64,000 nucleotides of DNA, taken from assembly GCF_000150275.1 (NCBI RefSeq), contig NW_002060961.1, positions 1-64,000 of the forward strand, in the 5' to 3' direction. This document shows, in pieces, positions 25,991 through 47,910 of the stretch. Source of the stretch: Trichoplax adhaerens (Eukaryota; Animalia; Placozoa). The notes under the pieces are model-generated. The model was not told where the DNA came from. It ran no database searches and saw nothing but the letters and a program-made list of their open reading frames with translations. Made by a program: the position numbers and the translations under genes. Every line of letters begins with the position of its first letter. Position 1 is the first letter of the stretch.

Positions 25991-26369
25991 AAGGTTCCGA
26001 TTTAGTCGTCCTTGCCTATACAGTGTACAGTACACAAGACATTCTCATGATACAGTATGGATCGCACTATGGTATGGAACAGTAGAGTATTGTCCTGTAT
26101 GAAAACTGCTGATGCAGATTTGACGTTCGCAGAGTAGAACAATTTTTCATAGTCATTGCAGTCTAGTGTTGTATTCGGCTCAATTTTACCAGTGAAATTG
26201 GTGTAAAGGAAAGAGAAATCATAACGCTACTGGTTCCACCAGTCTATTGCAGGTTTTCATAGGATACAGTATAGGATGCTCACTCCACTACAATACAGTA
26301 ATGTCTTATACTGGCAGCCAAGCATTTCCACTTTCCCTTCCACGATCTCAAGGCATTAACGAGCTAACG

Positions 26370-29083
26370 ATGGAGGGCCTAGACAAGAAGAAGACCTTCA
26401 AGCGTAGAGCTAGGAATGATGATGTATGAAATATAGAATACTTTCAAGTTGTTGTCTATTTTCAATTTGAAATCGTTATGATTAGGCAGACCTCTTACCA
26501 TGCTTTTCTTTCTATTGATCAATGCTACATGTCAATGTCGATGCTGGTAGGAGTCGGACGATCATGGAGGGCAAATGGTACCGCCTGATATCGAATTTCC
26601 TCATCCAATATTTGATATTAATTTTCATCCAGTACAGCCAATGATTGCTGCTGGCCTGATAGATGGTTCTGTTCGAATGTAATGCCAATAAATAGTCACT
26701 TCGTTAGAAAGATGCAATGCCTGTTACATCGATGATAATCATTCTTATTGGAGAACTGCTTTAGTACACGCCTGATACGTTACATTTGCAATGCGACAAG
26801 AAAATGTGCCTTAAACTGCTTGGACGACACTCATTTCATGCTAAAAGTCATATTCATACGTATTTTTACTTGCATAACCAACGTTTACTTGACCGTTGTT
26901 GCAGGCTTTCTGTAGCACTGTTGAAGGATGTTGATAGGAGTAATTACCTAATTTTTCTTAATACAGGATAAACCATTCAATCTTGTTCATGATAGACCAC
27001 GGCTTTTAGTCACTCTGACTGGGGTTATTTCTTGCAAATTCACCCAACTTTTGATAACAATTTTTATAATGATATCAATTATCCCCTGGTAATTATCATA
27101 GCGTTGAGTTGAGTTATTGAACCTTTTACAATCCTTTATAACACTGTTATGCTACTGGCATTCTAAAAACTGCTTGCTTCTTCATCTCACATATACTGTA
27201 CAGTGTATATGCATAAGGGTTTTTACTGCACTGCTGCTTACATGTCACAGCATATGATCTACAAAATTAAATGATTCACTTTTGATGTCTCAAAATTAAA
27301 ATGCGTTGGCTTTATTCGTTACAGATATTCTTATTCTGTGGATGGTAACAAACTCTTGCATCAATTTGATCATCATAAAAAGTCATGCAGAGCTGTTACA
27401 TTCTCCTTGGATGGTCAATGTATGTTATTACCATTGAAGTTCATTAGTGGATTATGAATTTTGCTAATATTAATAATTAGGTATTGAAGCTGACTTAATC
27501 TCGCAATTAGCTCTGAATACTGCATCCAAAGATAAATCGATATGCCTGGTCAATATAGAAACCGGAAAAGTTCATCTCAGCTTCTTAAAAGCGCATTCGT
27601 AAGCCTGTCCCTGATACTACCTTCGTTTCGATTATTTGTCGTATATAAATATAGATTAATAAGCGTTTCATATGTATTCATTTCAGATCACCGATATATA
27701 CCATGCGAACTATAGAAGAGCATTTAATAGCCAGTGGTGATGATGACGGTTTCGTGAAGGTTATGAACCGTATTCTTATTCTTAAGTTGCAGCTTTTCAA
27801 TGTTATGATGCTGTCAAAAATTCAATAAATCAAGTTGTTAAAATTTTGTAAACCGTAGTAATTTACTCGTATGTACAGTATCTAAAATATGCGGAATAGT
27901 TACGTTACCTACACTTATATGTATGTAGTTACAAATTTGCATTGAAACTTTTACAGCTTGAGCAGTATTCTACTTCTTTTTTCGTAGATCATGCAATCTA
28001 ATGACATCGTGCACTACTCGTATTACACCATTTTAATCTATTTCGGTTCAAGCAGCCTCATGAATGTATAGTATTGACACTAATGTTGCTAATTTTGTTA
28101 TAATAAATAGCAGATATGGGACTTAAGAAAAAAAGGCAAATGCATCATGGAAGTCAAAGAAAACAATGATTTCATTGCCGATTTCGATTATGTTGGTAAT
28201 AGTAAAACACTCCTTGCTGCCAGGTATTGTATAAAAGGAGTGGCAAATTTGAAGTTAAAATGCCTTTCGATAACTAATTTTATAATCAACGTTTTATTAT
28301 CAATAGTGGAGATGGCGTACTATCAGTCTTTCATGTAGGTCAGAGGAAGTTAATTGAAAAATCGGATAATCAAGAATCTGAATTACTTTGTGTATCTGTT
28401 ATTAAGGTAGTTTAAAGCTAGTTCATTTATGTTGTTAAAAATCTTGTATGTTCACTGCAAGAGTGTGTTCTGTTAGTTAATTTCTAAAGCTGAGCTTGCA
28501 CCTTTACATATGTTATTCTTATTTCGCATTTCATTTTTTAAATTAAGGGTGGTCACAAGGTCGTGTGTGGAACAGGAGATGGCATTATCAATATTTATTC
28601 ATGGGATCAATGGGGTGACATGAGCGATCGATTCCCGGGACATCCGATGTCCGTTGATACTTGCACAAAAATATCTGAAAATGTAATTTGCACTGGTTCT
28701 ATGGATGGTATGATAAGGTAGACAGGCTAAATGTTGCTGGCGTTGTTGTTACTAACATTGTCTTCGATCTTATTTTTAATTATACGTATGCCCTCGATTG
28801 TTCTTGTGCTTGTAATTATAGAGCTGTGAGTATACATCCGAATCGATTACTTGGTGTCCTTGGAGATCATGGAGACTTTCCAATAGAGAAATTACGAGTA
28901 TCCAATTTCAACCTACTTGCTAGTTGCGCACATGACGCTAAAATTAAGTTTTGGGATACGGCAAATTTTACAAATTCAACACTTAGCCACGAAAATAGTC
29001 AAGAATTTACTAAGAAATTTAGCAAGAAAGCAAAAAAGAATAAGAATGAATCTCTTCGTGCGGATTTTTTTTCCGATTTATAA
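26370..29083 (+). CDS. WDR55: WD repeat protein 55 (about 9 exons)
   Basis: Spliced translation includes PDIEF..FDINFHP..IAAGLIDG, HHKKSCRAVTFSLDG, ASKDKSI, ASGDDDG, SGDGVLSVF, WGDMSDRFPGHPMSVD, IHPNRLLGVLGDH, ending DFFSDL*. Approximate exons 26370-26423, 26551-26678, 27325-27419, 27511-27598, 27687-27759, 28114-28223, 28307-28406, 28548-28717, 28822-29083. Confidence 0.9.
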
Positions 29084-29370
29084 TTTATTCATTTTTTGAC
29101 ATATAGTGGTAAAATTTTATCAATGTACATATTCCATACACATATTATATATATTTTCATTTGTCTTTTAATTAATTAGTTCCTTGGATCAAAAATTTAA
29201 ATAAAAAATATTTGCATATGAAAAAAATGCCTACCCGCAAAATAATAATTAAAATGAATTTGCAAATAGTGTCAGATACTATTCGATCATTGGAGTAGTG
29301 TTAGGGTTAGGAGCTAGGACAGCATGAATTTTTTTGTTGCTGAATCATGATTAACATTAATAACCAACAT

Positions 29371-37551
<8,181 letters not shown>

Positions 37552-37599
37552 GATTGTTGCTGGTTGCTTCACCACTGGAAGGGTCATACGCATCAGTGA

Positions 37600-38479
37600 T
37601 GCACGACGTTGGCTTCACTCGCTTTTGCCTGTCGATCACCGGGGTGTCGTTCACCAGGGGGGGTGAGATTTGCGTTTTGCCTCAGCGCGGCTTTCCCCTT
37701 TTCTGAAGGTCCGCATATAGGGTGAATTTACGCTTGATGGTACAACACTCAGTAAGGCGATTATGGCGTGCTTGAAACAGCCTCTAGACTCCGATCCACT
37801 AAAGCGTCCAGTGTCCAGCGTCCTGTGTACAGTGTATAGTCTACAGTGTACAGTATAGTGTACCGTACTGTACAGTGCAGCGTACAGAAATTCTATACAG
37901 ATTTAATAAGGCGATTATGGCGTGCTTGAAACAGCCGCTAGACTCCGATCCGATACAGCGTCCAGTGTACAGTACTGTACAACGACAGTGTACAGTGTAC
38001 AGTGTACACTCACTGAGTAACAGTACAGTACTGTACACTGTACAGCCTTCAGGTCTAGCACAGCGTGTAGAAATTCTATTCAGATTTTTCCAAATGAAAT
38101 AAAAGTGTAAAAATGGACGGATTCTATTGAGTTTGGCCATAAATTGATAGGTCTTTCTCTTTCTACATGTATAAAATTGGGAGAATTTTGCTGCAAAAAT
38201 CTGAATGAAAGTACAGTATGCACCCACTTCTCTAAAAGAAATTCTACAGTACACGCTGTACAGTACAGTCACTGTGCACGATGCACTGTGCATTGTGCAT
38301 TACTTTCGCTTGAAGCGGATGGCGTGTCGTACGGACGGAAAGTTTTCTCCTGTTACGATGAATGACGGTCAACTTTACCAGTGTTTATGTTACGGGCAAT
38401 GTTATCAAATTCGATGAAATTGTACTTATTTACTGCACATTTAGGCCCAATTTATCGGTTTGGAAAAGGATCGTAGCCT
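37600..38479. promoter_or_regulatory. Probable bidirectional promoter between CYFIP and DCAF6
   Basis: Divergent starts ~0.93 kb apart; locally GC/CpG-richer; duplicated ~45-bp block at 37753 and 37907; dense TACAG/CTGTA/CAGTG motifs. Confidence 0.6.
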
Positions 38480-41400
38480 ATGAAAAATCTGCTGTCTACC
38501 ATGCATTTACAAACGTAAGTCGATGACCACTAAAGATCCAATAAGAGATGTAAATTTATTAATTTACATCGTACTTTACCTGTACCTGTACTGTACTTTC
38601 AGCCAATCAACTACTCCCCAAGTTGATGATCACTGAAGATCCAATAAGACATGTAAAATTGATGAATATCGTTCTTTACCTATACCTGTACTGTACTTTC
38701 AGCCAATCAACTACTCCCCAAGTTGATGATCACTGAAGATCCAATAAGATATGTAAATTGATGAATATCGCTCTTACTGTTGATGAATACATGCTGTATT
38801 CAACTACAGTAGTTTCAACTGATTGTAAATCAGTGTACCGTATACAATCTTTTGGAGTAGGCCGCTTCCATGCTTCTCAGATTTCATGATGTACTGAGTA
38901 GAGTACTCCAGCATCCGAGTGCAAGGGAAATGAAAGACTTATCCGCTTCTATAACTTTATTACCCATAAATAAGCAAAGTATCATAGACTAATGTCATGG
39001 AGTAGTCCATGAATGTGTACATTGCTGTCCTTCCGGTTGGATGAATTCAATCGACATAACGTCATCGGACGTGTTGAAGTTTCCTTTCTTGCTACGCACG
39101 CTCAGTATCGGCCACAAGACTGTGATATACTCTCCTACTCTCCTCCCAACTTGCTGCATTCAGACTTCGGACATCAGACATCGGACTTGAAAGTTCAAAA
39201 CAGAGCAAATTGCCTATAGGATGAATGTTGACGCATGCTCTGTAATAACATAACAAATGGAGTCTCCTAACATCAATAATAATCACTGGTGTCAAATTTT
39301 AGACAAGCGATGCAATGGCCAAACTCTTCCTAACAGAATAACTTATCAAGCTAAAAGTAAGTTTTTCAATCAAGGAGTTATCAACAATCGAAGCAGCTAG
39401 CTTGGATGTTCAATACTTCTAATTTAATCGAGAGCAATCAATTCCAGCTTGAAACTGATTTCCCTGGAGAGGACGTTGCCTTCCAATTTTCAAGGCGATC
39501 ATCGATCGGGGGTGGATTAGATATGTTCTGCAACGCTACCCCTTCTTTGCTCAAAATTCTACTAGGGATCAGTAACAAAAGGAATGCATTAAAATCTTAT
39601 TACATTCCGTAATAAATCGTCTTAGGTTCATATTACTGTAAATTGAATTACCGATCAGACAGGATTGACAGTACCGGTAAGCAATTAGTCTGCACTGTTA
39701 CCATAGCTCTTCTCTTTGCTTTGTTCAGCTGGTGGAAATTATCAGGCTAAATTAGTTATCATGGCTAAAAAATTACTGTACTTAAATTAGTCAATTCTAC
39801 AAATTGCTTATGAATGGATGTTCCATCTCATCCCATATTCACTCAATAATCGTTAAAATAATACAGGAACAAATTAATTTCATAACACATTCGATATAGG
39901 AAATGTTACCATCCAACTGGATGAGAAAGTATAATTGTACATTGTACACGGAGGTCAGCATCCCTTTGCGGTAGCCAAAGTAGTGAAGAAGACTAGGGGT
40001 ATAAAAGTATACTGGAATTGCCATTCATCAAATCTCTTACCCTAACATGATAACCACAAAAATAGACGTTTATTTTTTACTTTGAGCTGAAGTAATTAAT
40101 CCATAATCACTGATTATTAATGGATGAATTAGTCATCATTTACCAACGCATCAAGCACTCGATCAACCATTCATTCGTATGCTCTAACCAACACGTACAG
40201 CACCTTGCAAAAAAATTTCCAAAGGGTTGGTTGAAAAAATAATGGTTGCAGCTTACAATAGTGCATCATAAAAGTCTACTTCAGGGGTTTTATAAACTTT
40301 ACTGTACTATTATATAAGGCGATGCTATTTCTGCTTCGGTATTACTATATTGATAGCAACACTATCATGAATCGTCGACTGTTCTCACGCACACCTTCAG
40401 CATACGCGTACAGTAGTCATTGATTGCTTCCGCTCTGATCAAATGAAACAGATACCTCCTTGTAACAGTTACTATTTATCTACTATAAGAGTGCACATGA
40501 AAAGAGCAACGAGGACGGTGTTCCTATTAATCAGGTGTTACTGATGGTTGCTTGCACATTTCATTTTGGGGGCATCAAATAGGTGAGTGGCCGGTTGACA
40601 TTTTTGTTTGTAGTTTTACAGCGAATGCGATTTTGTTATGTAAAGCTTACAACACGATTTGGACATCATCTTAAAGATTGGATGTTATTCATCTGATGCT
40701 TCATACAGTATCTATTTATGCTATAATACAAATTGTCTAAAAAACTACAGAATATACTGTGCCTAGGAACCCTAAAGAAAAGTTTCTCTAGAATCGCCAG
40801 TTGTGCCGGTACATAAATACCATTGAGACATTGTTAACGCATATGATATTTAACACATAAATGTAATTGATGTAGATATATAGTTCAGTCATGGTCTCAT
40901 GGACTACTCAAAAATACCGGAAACATTTAGTAGTTCATGCCTCAGAAGACGAAGAGCTTTCACTAGTTACAATAATTAAGACGGTTGTTATACGACTATA
41001 CTAAGTACATTACGTCATTATACGCTATACTGCGAAGCATTCTTCAACGGATTACATTTGCCATTTCTCAGTATCAAGTGTTGGCGTAATTTCTTAATTC
41101 TGCATTCTTGATAGATGATATCAATTTAATCCACAAGTTAAAATTAGAGCGTACTTTGGAAGGTCATACTGGATGTGTAAGTAAAGCTGCAAGCAATTGA
41201 ACCCTGTTATAATTTTTGGATAAACTACGCATAAATAGATTTAGTTTACGGTTTAAATTGCTATTAATATTTCATAGAAAATTGATGTAAGCTATGATGG
41301 GAAATTAAGTCTATTACCATAGTATATACCAATTCGATGAACACCTTTTGTACCTTAGGTCAACACATTGGCTTGGAATAAAGTCGGAGATAAACTTCTT

Positions 41401-44400
41401 TCTGGCTCAGATGATTGCTTATTGAATATTTATCAGCCATACAGTTACAAGGTAATATGTAATGTTATTGTCTATACCGATCAGATATAATGCTAAATGC
41501 TAATTAAATCTAGCGATAAAGTTAAATTTTTAACCAACTTCTTATAATGCTGCAGCGGAATGTATAGAGTATACATCGTTGATTGAATATTAAGTATATC
41601 ATTCATTAATTGCTATTGCACATATCTTATAATGGCATATGCGCTTATGATGTATTCTATTGATAGATTGTAAGATTAAGTTTTATAGGTTACCGTTTGC
41701 ACTAATTCTTTGCACACCGCTTAATCCAAAATATCTTAAAATATTGCCTCGTACAGTGCTGCATTGCAATCGAAATCAATGACATTCACTTACTATTCAT
41801 ATTGATAGTTACTACATTCCGTACCTTCTGGCCATACTGCCAATATCTTTAGCGCCAAATTTCTACCGAATACGAACGATCTCAAGGTAAGAAAATCAAA
41901 CTAAGAATAATTTTGACTAGAAAATTGCTAAAATTACAGGATAGAATTAAATGTAGTTCAATATTAATTTTCATGTGTTCAAAATAATAGCTTGTATTTT
42001 TAATGCGTTATTTCCTTATCTATGCCGTAAGTTAATGCTTAAAATTATATCAGGAAAGCCTGTCAGATCTGCCACTGACAATGCAAAAGATAGTCGTAAT
42101 CGTATGAATTCTAACTTTTGTAACCCTTAATACACTATGCTTAGATCTGGGATTACTCATTTTTTGTATATGTACCCAGTCAATAGATGAATTTACTGAT
42201 GTAAACGTATGTCTATCTCAAATAGATTGTATCATGTGCTGGTAATGGTATAGTATCTTATTTGGAATTAAACACTGCCGGTGGCTGCACTAATAACAAT
42301 TTTTTTCGTTGCCATGATGGCACAACATATGAGGTTTGCTAATAATATCATTATTTAAATGATTTTCGTTGCTATTCTTGTGTGATCTAACAATACTTTT
42401 AAATGATTGATTTTAACCAATTTTAATACACATCTACTATTAATATCCGTCTACATCATATAATTGTTAGGTCGTAACGATACCCGACGAGCCTAATGTC
42501 TTTATGACATGCTGTGAAGATGGTAAAATTCGACTATTTGATCTTAGAGTAAAAACAAGGTGTTCTAGCCATGATTGTAATGAGGTAGGACTATAGGAAA
42601 AATACATTAATACCTGATTTTGACAAAAATTTCATCAATTAATTTGAATATTTACATGAATAGGATGTCCTAATTAATTGTCATAGACCTACAACTGCCA
42701 TTGCTGTTGATCCATCGCGTTCATTTCAGTTTACCGTTGGCTCGGATGATAGCTGTGCGCGAGTATTTGATAGAAGAAATCTCATTCGTGAGTCACGACA
42801 AGTGGGGTAATACAAGGAATCAGGCCAAATTTGAACTTTCAATGCATTAATACAATACCTCATTTTTATTTAGCGCTACTACTGACAATAATAGATCCCT
42901 GATGGTGTTAAAGCCTGCTGCTCTAGAAGCGAAAAAAATTCGAACAACTGCTGTCAACTACAATGCAAATGGCGATGAGATCTTAGTTAGTTATAGTACC
43001 GATTACGTGTACCTCTTTTCACTAAACAGCAACGGTAGTACTGCTTTTACGATCAATACTGGAGATAAGGTTGGCATAAACAATGATACTAGTACTGCAA
43101 GTCGAAATAACCAACCACCCCCTAAAAGGTTACGTTTGCGTGGTGATTGGTCAGATACAGGACCAGATGCACGCCCCGAAAGTGAAATTAGTGAAAATGA
43201 TCGGACATCTAATTCTATTTTGCGTCGTATGTCAAACATTATGGCTAGCATTATTAATACAAGATTTCAAGCGAGCGGAGACCTTGCTGGTATGAATATT
43301 CGCAATCCCGTTGATAGCGAAAGCGATACAAGTGACGATAGCCGCATGGATGATAGTGATAGTAGTCCCGAATGTAGTGAAGATGAGGAAGAACGTTTAG
43401 ATACGCAGGCTTCTTGTGATCGTGATTTATCAGTGCAGTCTCCAGTTTCAGTCGTTGTCAGTTCTGCTGATGATGGCGTAAATGAAGAAAACAATGCAAT
43501 AGATTTCGAATCTTCTCAGGATGGTATTCCTACTAGCGTAGACCTAGCGAATAATAGACATACATTTGTTGAATCTATGGATAGCGATTGTCAAGAAAGT
43601 GATGACAGAATTTCCCAGCTCGGACATACTGTGAATCGTTCCAATTCTAGCCCTACTCCTGCCGAACCTTTACCTTCTCGGGAATGCCATAATTATAACA
43701 GAGCGGCTAGGCGCATACAACAGTTTTTTAAGACCTTACGTAAGGCCAAAAATGATCGTCACGCTCTTAAACCACCTGCACTGATGGCTTATCGTGGTCA
43801 TAGAAATTCTAGGACTATGGTAATGCCAAATAAATATCTTTTATCATATTTCAACAGAAATAGAGAATTTAAACTTTAAAACCGGTTTTTCTTTTCTAGA
43901 TTAAAGAAGCAAACTTTTGGGGTGATCGTTTTATATTAAGTGGAAGTGATTGCGGTCGAGTTTTTATCTGGGATAAATATACGGCTGAACTGGTCATGCT
44001 GTTACTTGGTGATAGACATGTAGTTAACTGTGTGCAACCTCATCCTTTTGATCCTAGTATGTTTAGGCCCTATAGTAGCATGTATTTGTTTGAAATAATT
44101 GTATTGATCATATACTACTGATGACCTAACTTAACTTAAATTGATTTGTTTTAATCGTTTTTTGAATTGACAGTATTAGCAACTAGTGGAATAGACCATG
44201 ACGTTAAACTTTGGTCTCCAATTGGTGAAAAGATAGGACTAGATGCAAACGCGGATGAAGTAAGCTATTAATAGTACATGCTATTGCATGATATCATATC
44301 AGTTTGTATAGGTCAATTTTTATCAAAAAACTTATAACTTTTATGTTTTCTTATGTTAAGATTATGGCACGGAACTTTAAAATGTTGGAGGAAAGTCAGA

Positions 44401-44468
44401 ACTTTATTATCATCCCACTATCATTTATGCTACACTTATTAACAAGTTTCAATGGAACATCTCTATGA
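38480..44468 (+). CDS. DCAF6: DDB1- and CUL4-associated factor 6 (IQWD1/NRIP), WD40 plus IQ motif, multi-exon
   Basis: [62 protein letters not shown] motif [43 protein letters not shown]. Exon 1 (38480-38514) and exon 2 (~40889-40933) are inferred; the secure part starts at 41114. Confidence 0.9.
38521..38775. repeat. ~100-bp tandem repeat, ~2.5 copies, in DCAF6 intron 1
   Basis: gatga.cact.aagatccaataaga recurs at ~38522, 38625 and 38725. Confidence 0.9.
38895..39990. pseudogene. Degraded synaptotagmin-like C2-domain relic inside DCAF6 intron 1
   Basis: Plus strand: [20 protein letters not shown] and (frameshift) [20 protein letters not shown]. Minus strand: [10 protein letters not shown] and [17 protein letters not shown]. 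Confidence 0.5.
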
Positions 44469-46189
44469 TTGACTAGAATTTTATTTACTATCTTATTTCA
44501 ATATTTATCGTAGTCGCTTTTATACTATAAAATATATTTCTTAATCGACGCATCATTTATTCCTTAAAGTTCAATTTTATTGTAAGTGTATATATACGAA
44601 CGTATCTTTCTCTATAGATATTTGTAAAAGGCAGTTATGAACACATTATCAAGTCTTAAGTTATTTAAAATTTCATAATTTGTGATTGTTCAATTTTACT
44701 GTATGGTGTAGCCATATAGCAATCTCTGAGGTTTTAATCGTATGGTATAGTAATAGAACACGCTAAAAAAATATTCATCTCTCGTTATTAAACTTGATTT
44801 ATTATATCTTAAATATTGCATTGTTAATACTGAATTTCTTTGATAGGAAAATTAGTACCTATTATGCTGGTTCAATCACTTGTAATTTTGAGGTCCTGTT
44901 TGTATAAAGTTATCCTGTGATTTGATTTTTCCGGCTGTATTTAACTCATGAGTAATATATTACAATGCATAACTACTTCTTGTTGTCGTCGTCGCTACTC
45001 CAGGTTGCATTATTTTATATTGTTAAATAAAATGACGATAGAAATCCTGTCATGGTAACATCTCCTCTAGGGTTGCTCCGTCAACATTTGAACTGAATGT
45101 TGACGCTTGTTGATCCAGTGGGATAATGAAACATATACGGAAAGTGATCCAAAGTTTGGTCTTTGCTTATTTCCTCGTATATTTATGCAATGATGATTCT
45201 ATTTTTTAACTTCTTCATAGACTATATGAAGATACAGCCTGTATGGTCTTACTAATCGTGATGAAGGACAAATTTTAGCTATGTCCTGTAACGATTTTAT
45301 AGATGATTTCCACCTACAAGATTCGCTCCTCCTCAATACTTATCATAACTTACTCCTATACTGTGCACAAATGCGCTTACTATAGTATGCCAATGGATCT
45401 ACGTTAGCGATTTGCGTATAAAAAAAAATTTAGAAGAATTTCTCTCCATTTATCCCATGCGACTACGACTAACAGTATTGTGATGGAGGAGTGGAAAAGA
45501 CTCACGACAACTCTTAGAATTCAGCATAATACAGTATTGGTAGTTCCAACATTTTCTGCCGATCATGTACACTTCAACGTGGTGTTGGAGGAGAAAAGGA
45601 GACAGGATACAACTATAAATTACAGTAATTAGTTCCTTGGGCATCTATGACGTGAAACTACCACCCAGCATTGAATACGTCATTCGATTAAATCCAATTT
45701 TTTCTTATTGACCATCCTACGTGTAATCCTATTATATAGAATTAGTGATTGATGTCCAAGACTCAATGCATTTTTTTGGATAATACCAATTTAACAGTAG
45801 AGACTGCTAGATGATCGTTTCATTGGCAAAATCTAATTGTTCTTCCATGCTATTTTCTATTCCTGACGCTAAAAATTGCATTTTCTGAACATGAAAGTGC
45901 GTCATTTCGGTAGATGAACGAGGATGGAGGAGGATTGCTTCAGGATGCTCCAGATTTTACAGGGAGATAGCAATCATGAGTCATAAGATTTCGGTTAGCG
46001 AAATGAACAAAATTGAATGGGTCAGATGGAATGATTGTTTTCATTAGTCATTGCTTGCTCTTAGCTAGAAGCCAAGAATGGTATGATGAGATGATAGCAT
46101 CAGCTGAGCAAATGGAATGTGAATAAATTCAAATTTCTTGTACTGTAGAGCCATTTTGATATTGACGGGAACAGTCATTACCGTAAAGG

Positions 46190-47100
46190 AGTAGCCTCTA
46201 CGAGTATTGTCTACGTTAAACGAGTAAACTACCCATTCAATATTGGTTTCCAAGCTTAGAATATCGATGCAACTTTGATAGTATTTCTTTTTCAATCTAC
46301 TGACCGTAGAGGGGAACGAAATACTGTAAACGAGCAAACTACCCGTTTAAAACTTATTTTCAAACGTAAAATATCGGCCGGAATACTTATTGCAGTATTT
46401 CTTTTTCAATCTACTGAATACTGACGGTATATTGGTTTTTATATGCAGAATACTATTGCAACTTTGGTAGTATTTCTTTTTCACCTACTAACAGAAAAGA
46501 AATACTGCGACATAGTCAATGGATTCAAGGAACATCGTGCCTGAAAGCATTGCCAAAATAAACGAGCAAAGTACCCATTCAACATTTGTTTTTGTGTACA
46601 GAATACTAGTATAACTCTTATAGTACTTCTTTTTCAGTCTACTAACGGTAGAGGAAGAAGAAATAAACCAGCCAACTATCCGTTTCAAATTGAATTAATT
46701 AATTTATTTTCAAGCGCAGAACACCGGACGGAACAATTTTTGTAGTATTTCTTTTTCAAGCTACCGACAATATGCAAGTATTGCTAGAATAAATGAGCAA
46801 ACTACCCGTTCAATATTTATTTTTACACGCAAAATACTAGTACGATTTTTTGACGTATTTCTTTTTCAATCTACTGACGGTAGAGGAAGAAGAAATACTA
46901 CGAATATAGTGAATGGATTGAATGGTAGACCTGACAAACGGGCATCGTCTCTGCAAGCGTTGCCAGAAATAGAAACGAGCAAACTATCCGTTTAACATTT
47001 GTTTCATACATAGAATACCAGTAGAACTTGTGTAGTAGTTCTTTTTCAATCTACTGACAGTCGAGGAGGAAGAAATACGGCAGACTGAGGGAATGGATTG
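46190..47100. repeat. Degenerate tandem repeat, ~7 units of variable length
   Basis: Recurrent aaacgagcaaactaccc and gtagtatttctttttcaatctactgac motifs. Confidence 0.9.
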
Positions 47101-47710
47101 AGAGGGTAGTGCCCGCTATAGGGGCATTTCTATTCCTTTGCGGCATCGAGTTTCCATGGATAAAAGCAAGACTACTGAAAGCACCAGCTGTCGACCAAGT
47201 GGAACTACTTTTGTCTAGCACTTCTGTTCTCCATGTAGTCTATCAAGCCTTTTTCATGTAGGTTAATGTAGGTTTACAGGTAACGATAGACTTGAAATAA
47301 TTCATTGGCAAGCCTAGTTCTGGCACAACAGTGTTTGCGACTTAGGCTCCGCCATTTAAATAAACTCGGAATATCTTTGCCGTCAAGGTGTAGCTGTAAG
47401 TTAGTTTGTTCACTATACTGTACAATTTACATTGTATGATATAATATCACGCGGAGCAGTACTCATTCGTATAGAGCATATCCTTGGTACGAATTGGAAG
47501 CGTAAAGAATTGTCATTAGTCGTGATCGCTTCCAAAGCCATCAGTAGCAGCCACTCCATTTTGAAATAGTTCTGCAACTTTGATGGTACCAAAGGTGACG
47601 AAAGAATGGATAATGTCGCGTAGCCCAAATACGATCTCTATTCAAGGTAAGTTGGACTCTCGGCGACGAGAGGTTTGCATAGCGAAATGTCAAGCTCTCA
47701 TGCCAATTGA

Positions 47711-47910
47711 TGCCAGAATGCCTGCACTCGATTAGAGGTCATTTTACACTTAGGCACTTATGATAGGATTGCCAAAATGTCTACAGTCGATCATCAATTA
47801 TTTTTTTTTCATCTACGCACTTATGATTACTGTATTATGATAAAGATCGAGCTCTAATGCCAAAATACTTGCACTCGATCATCATTCATTTTTCACATCT
47901 AAACACTTAT
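47711..47910. repeat. ~60-bp degenerate repeat, 3 copies
   Basis: tgcca.aat....gcactcgat...cacttat recurs three times. Confidence 0.65.

Noticed and set aside
37841-38417. Cys/Thr/Val/Tyr-rich ORFs
   Set aside because: Translations of TACAG/CTGTA motif runs, not protein-like.
38660-38736. Box C/D snoRNA in the intronic repeat (TGATGA...TGATGA...CTGA)
   Set aside because: No terminal stem, no clear D' box or guide; explained by tandem duplication.
43003-43494. Antisense and alternate-frame ORFs
   Set aside because: Shadows of the large DCAF6 exon.
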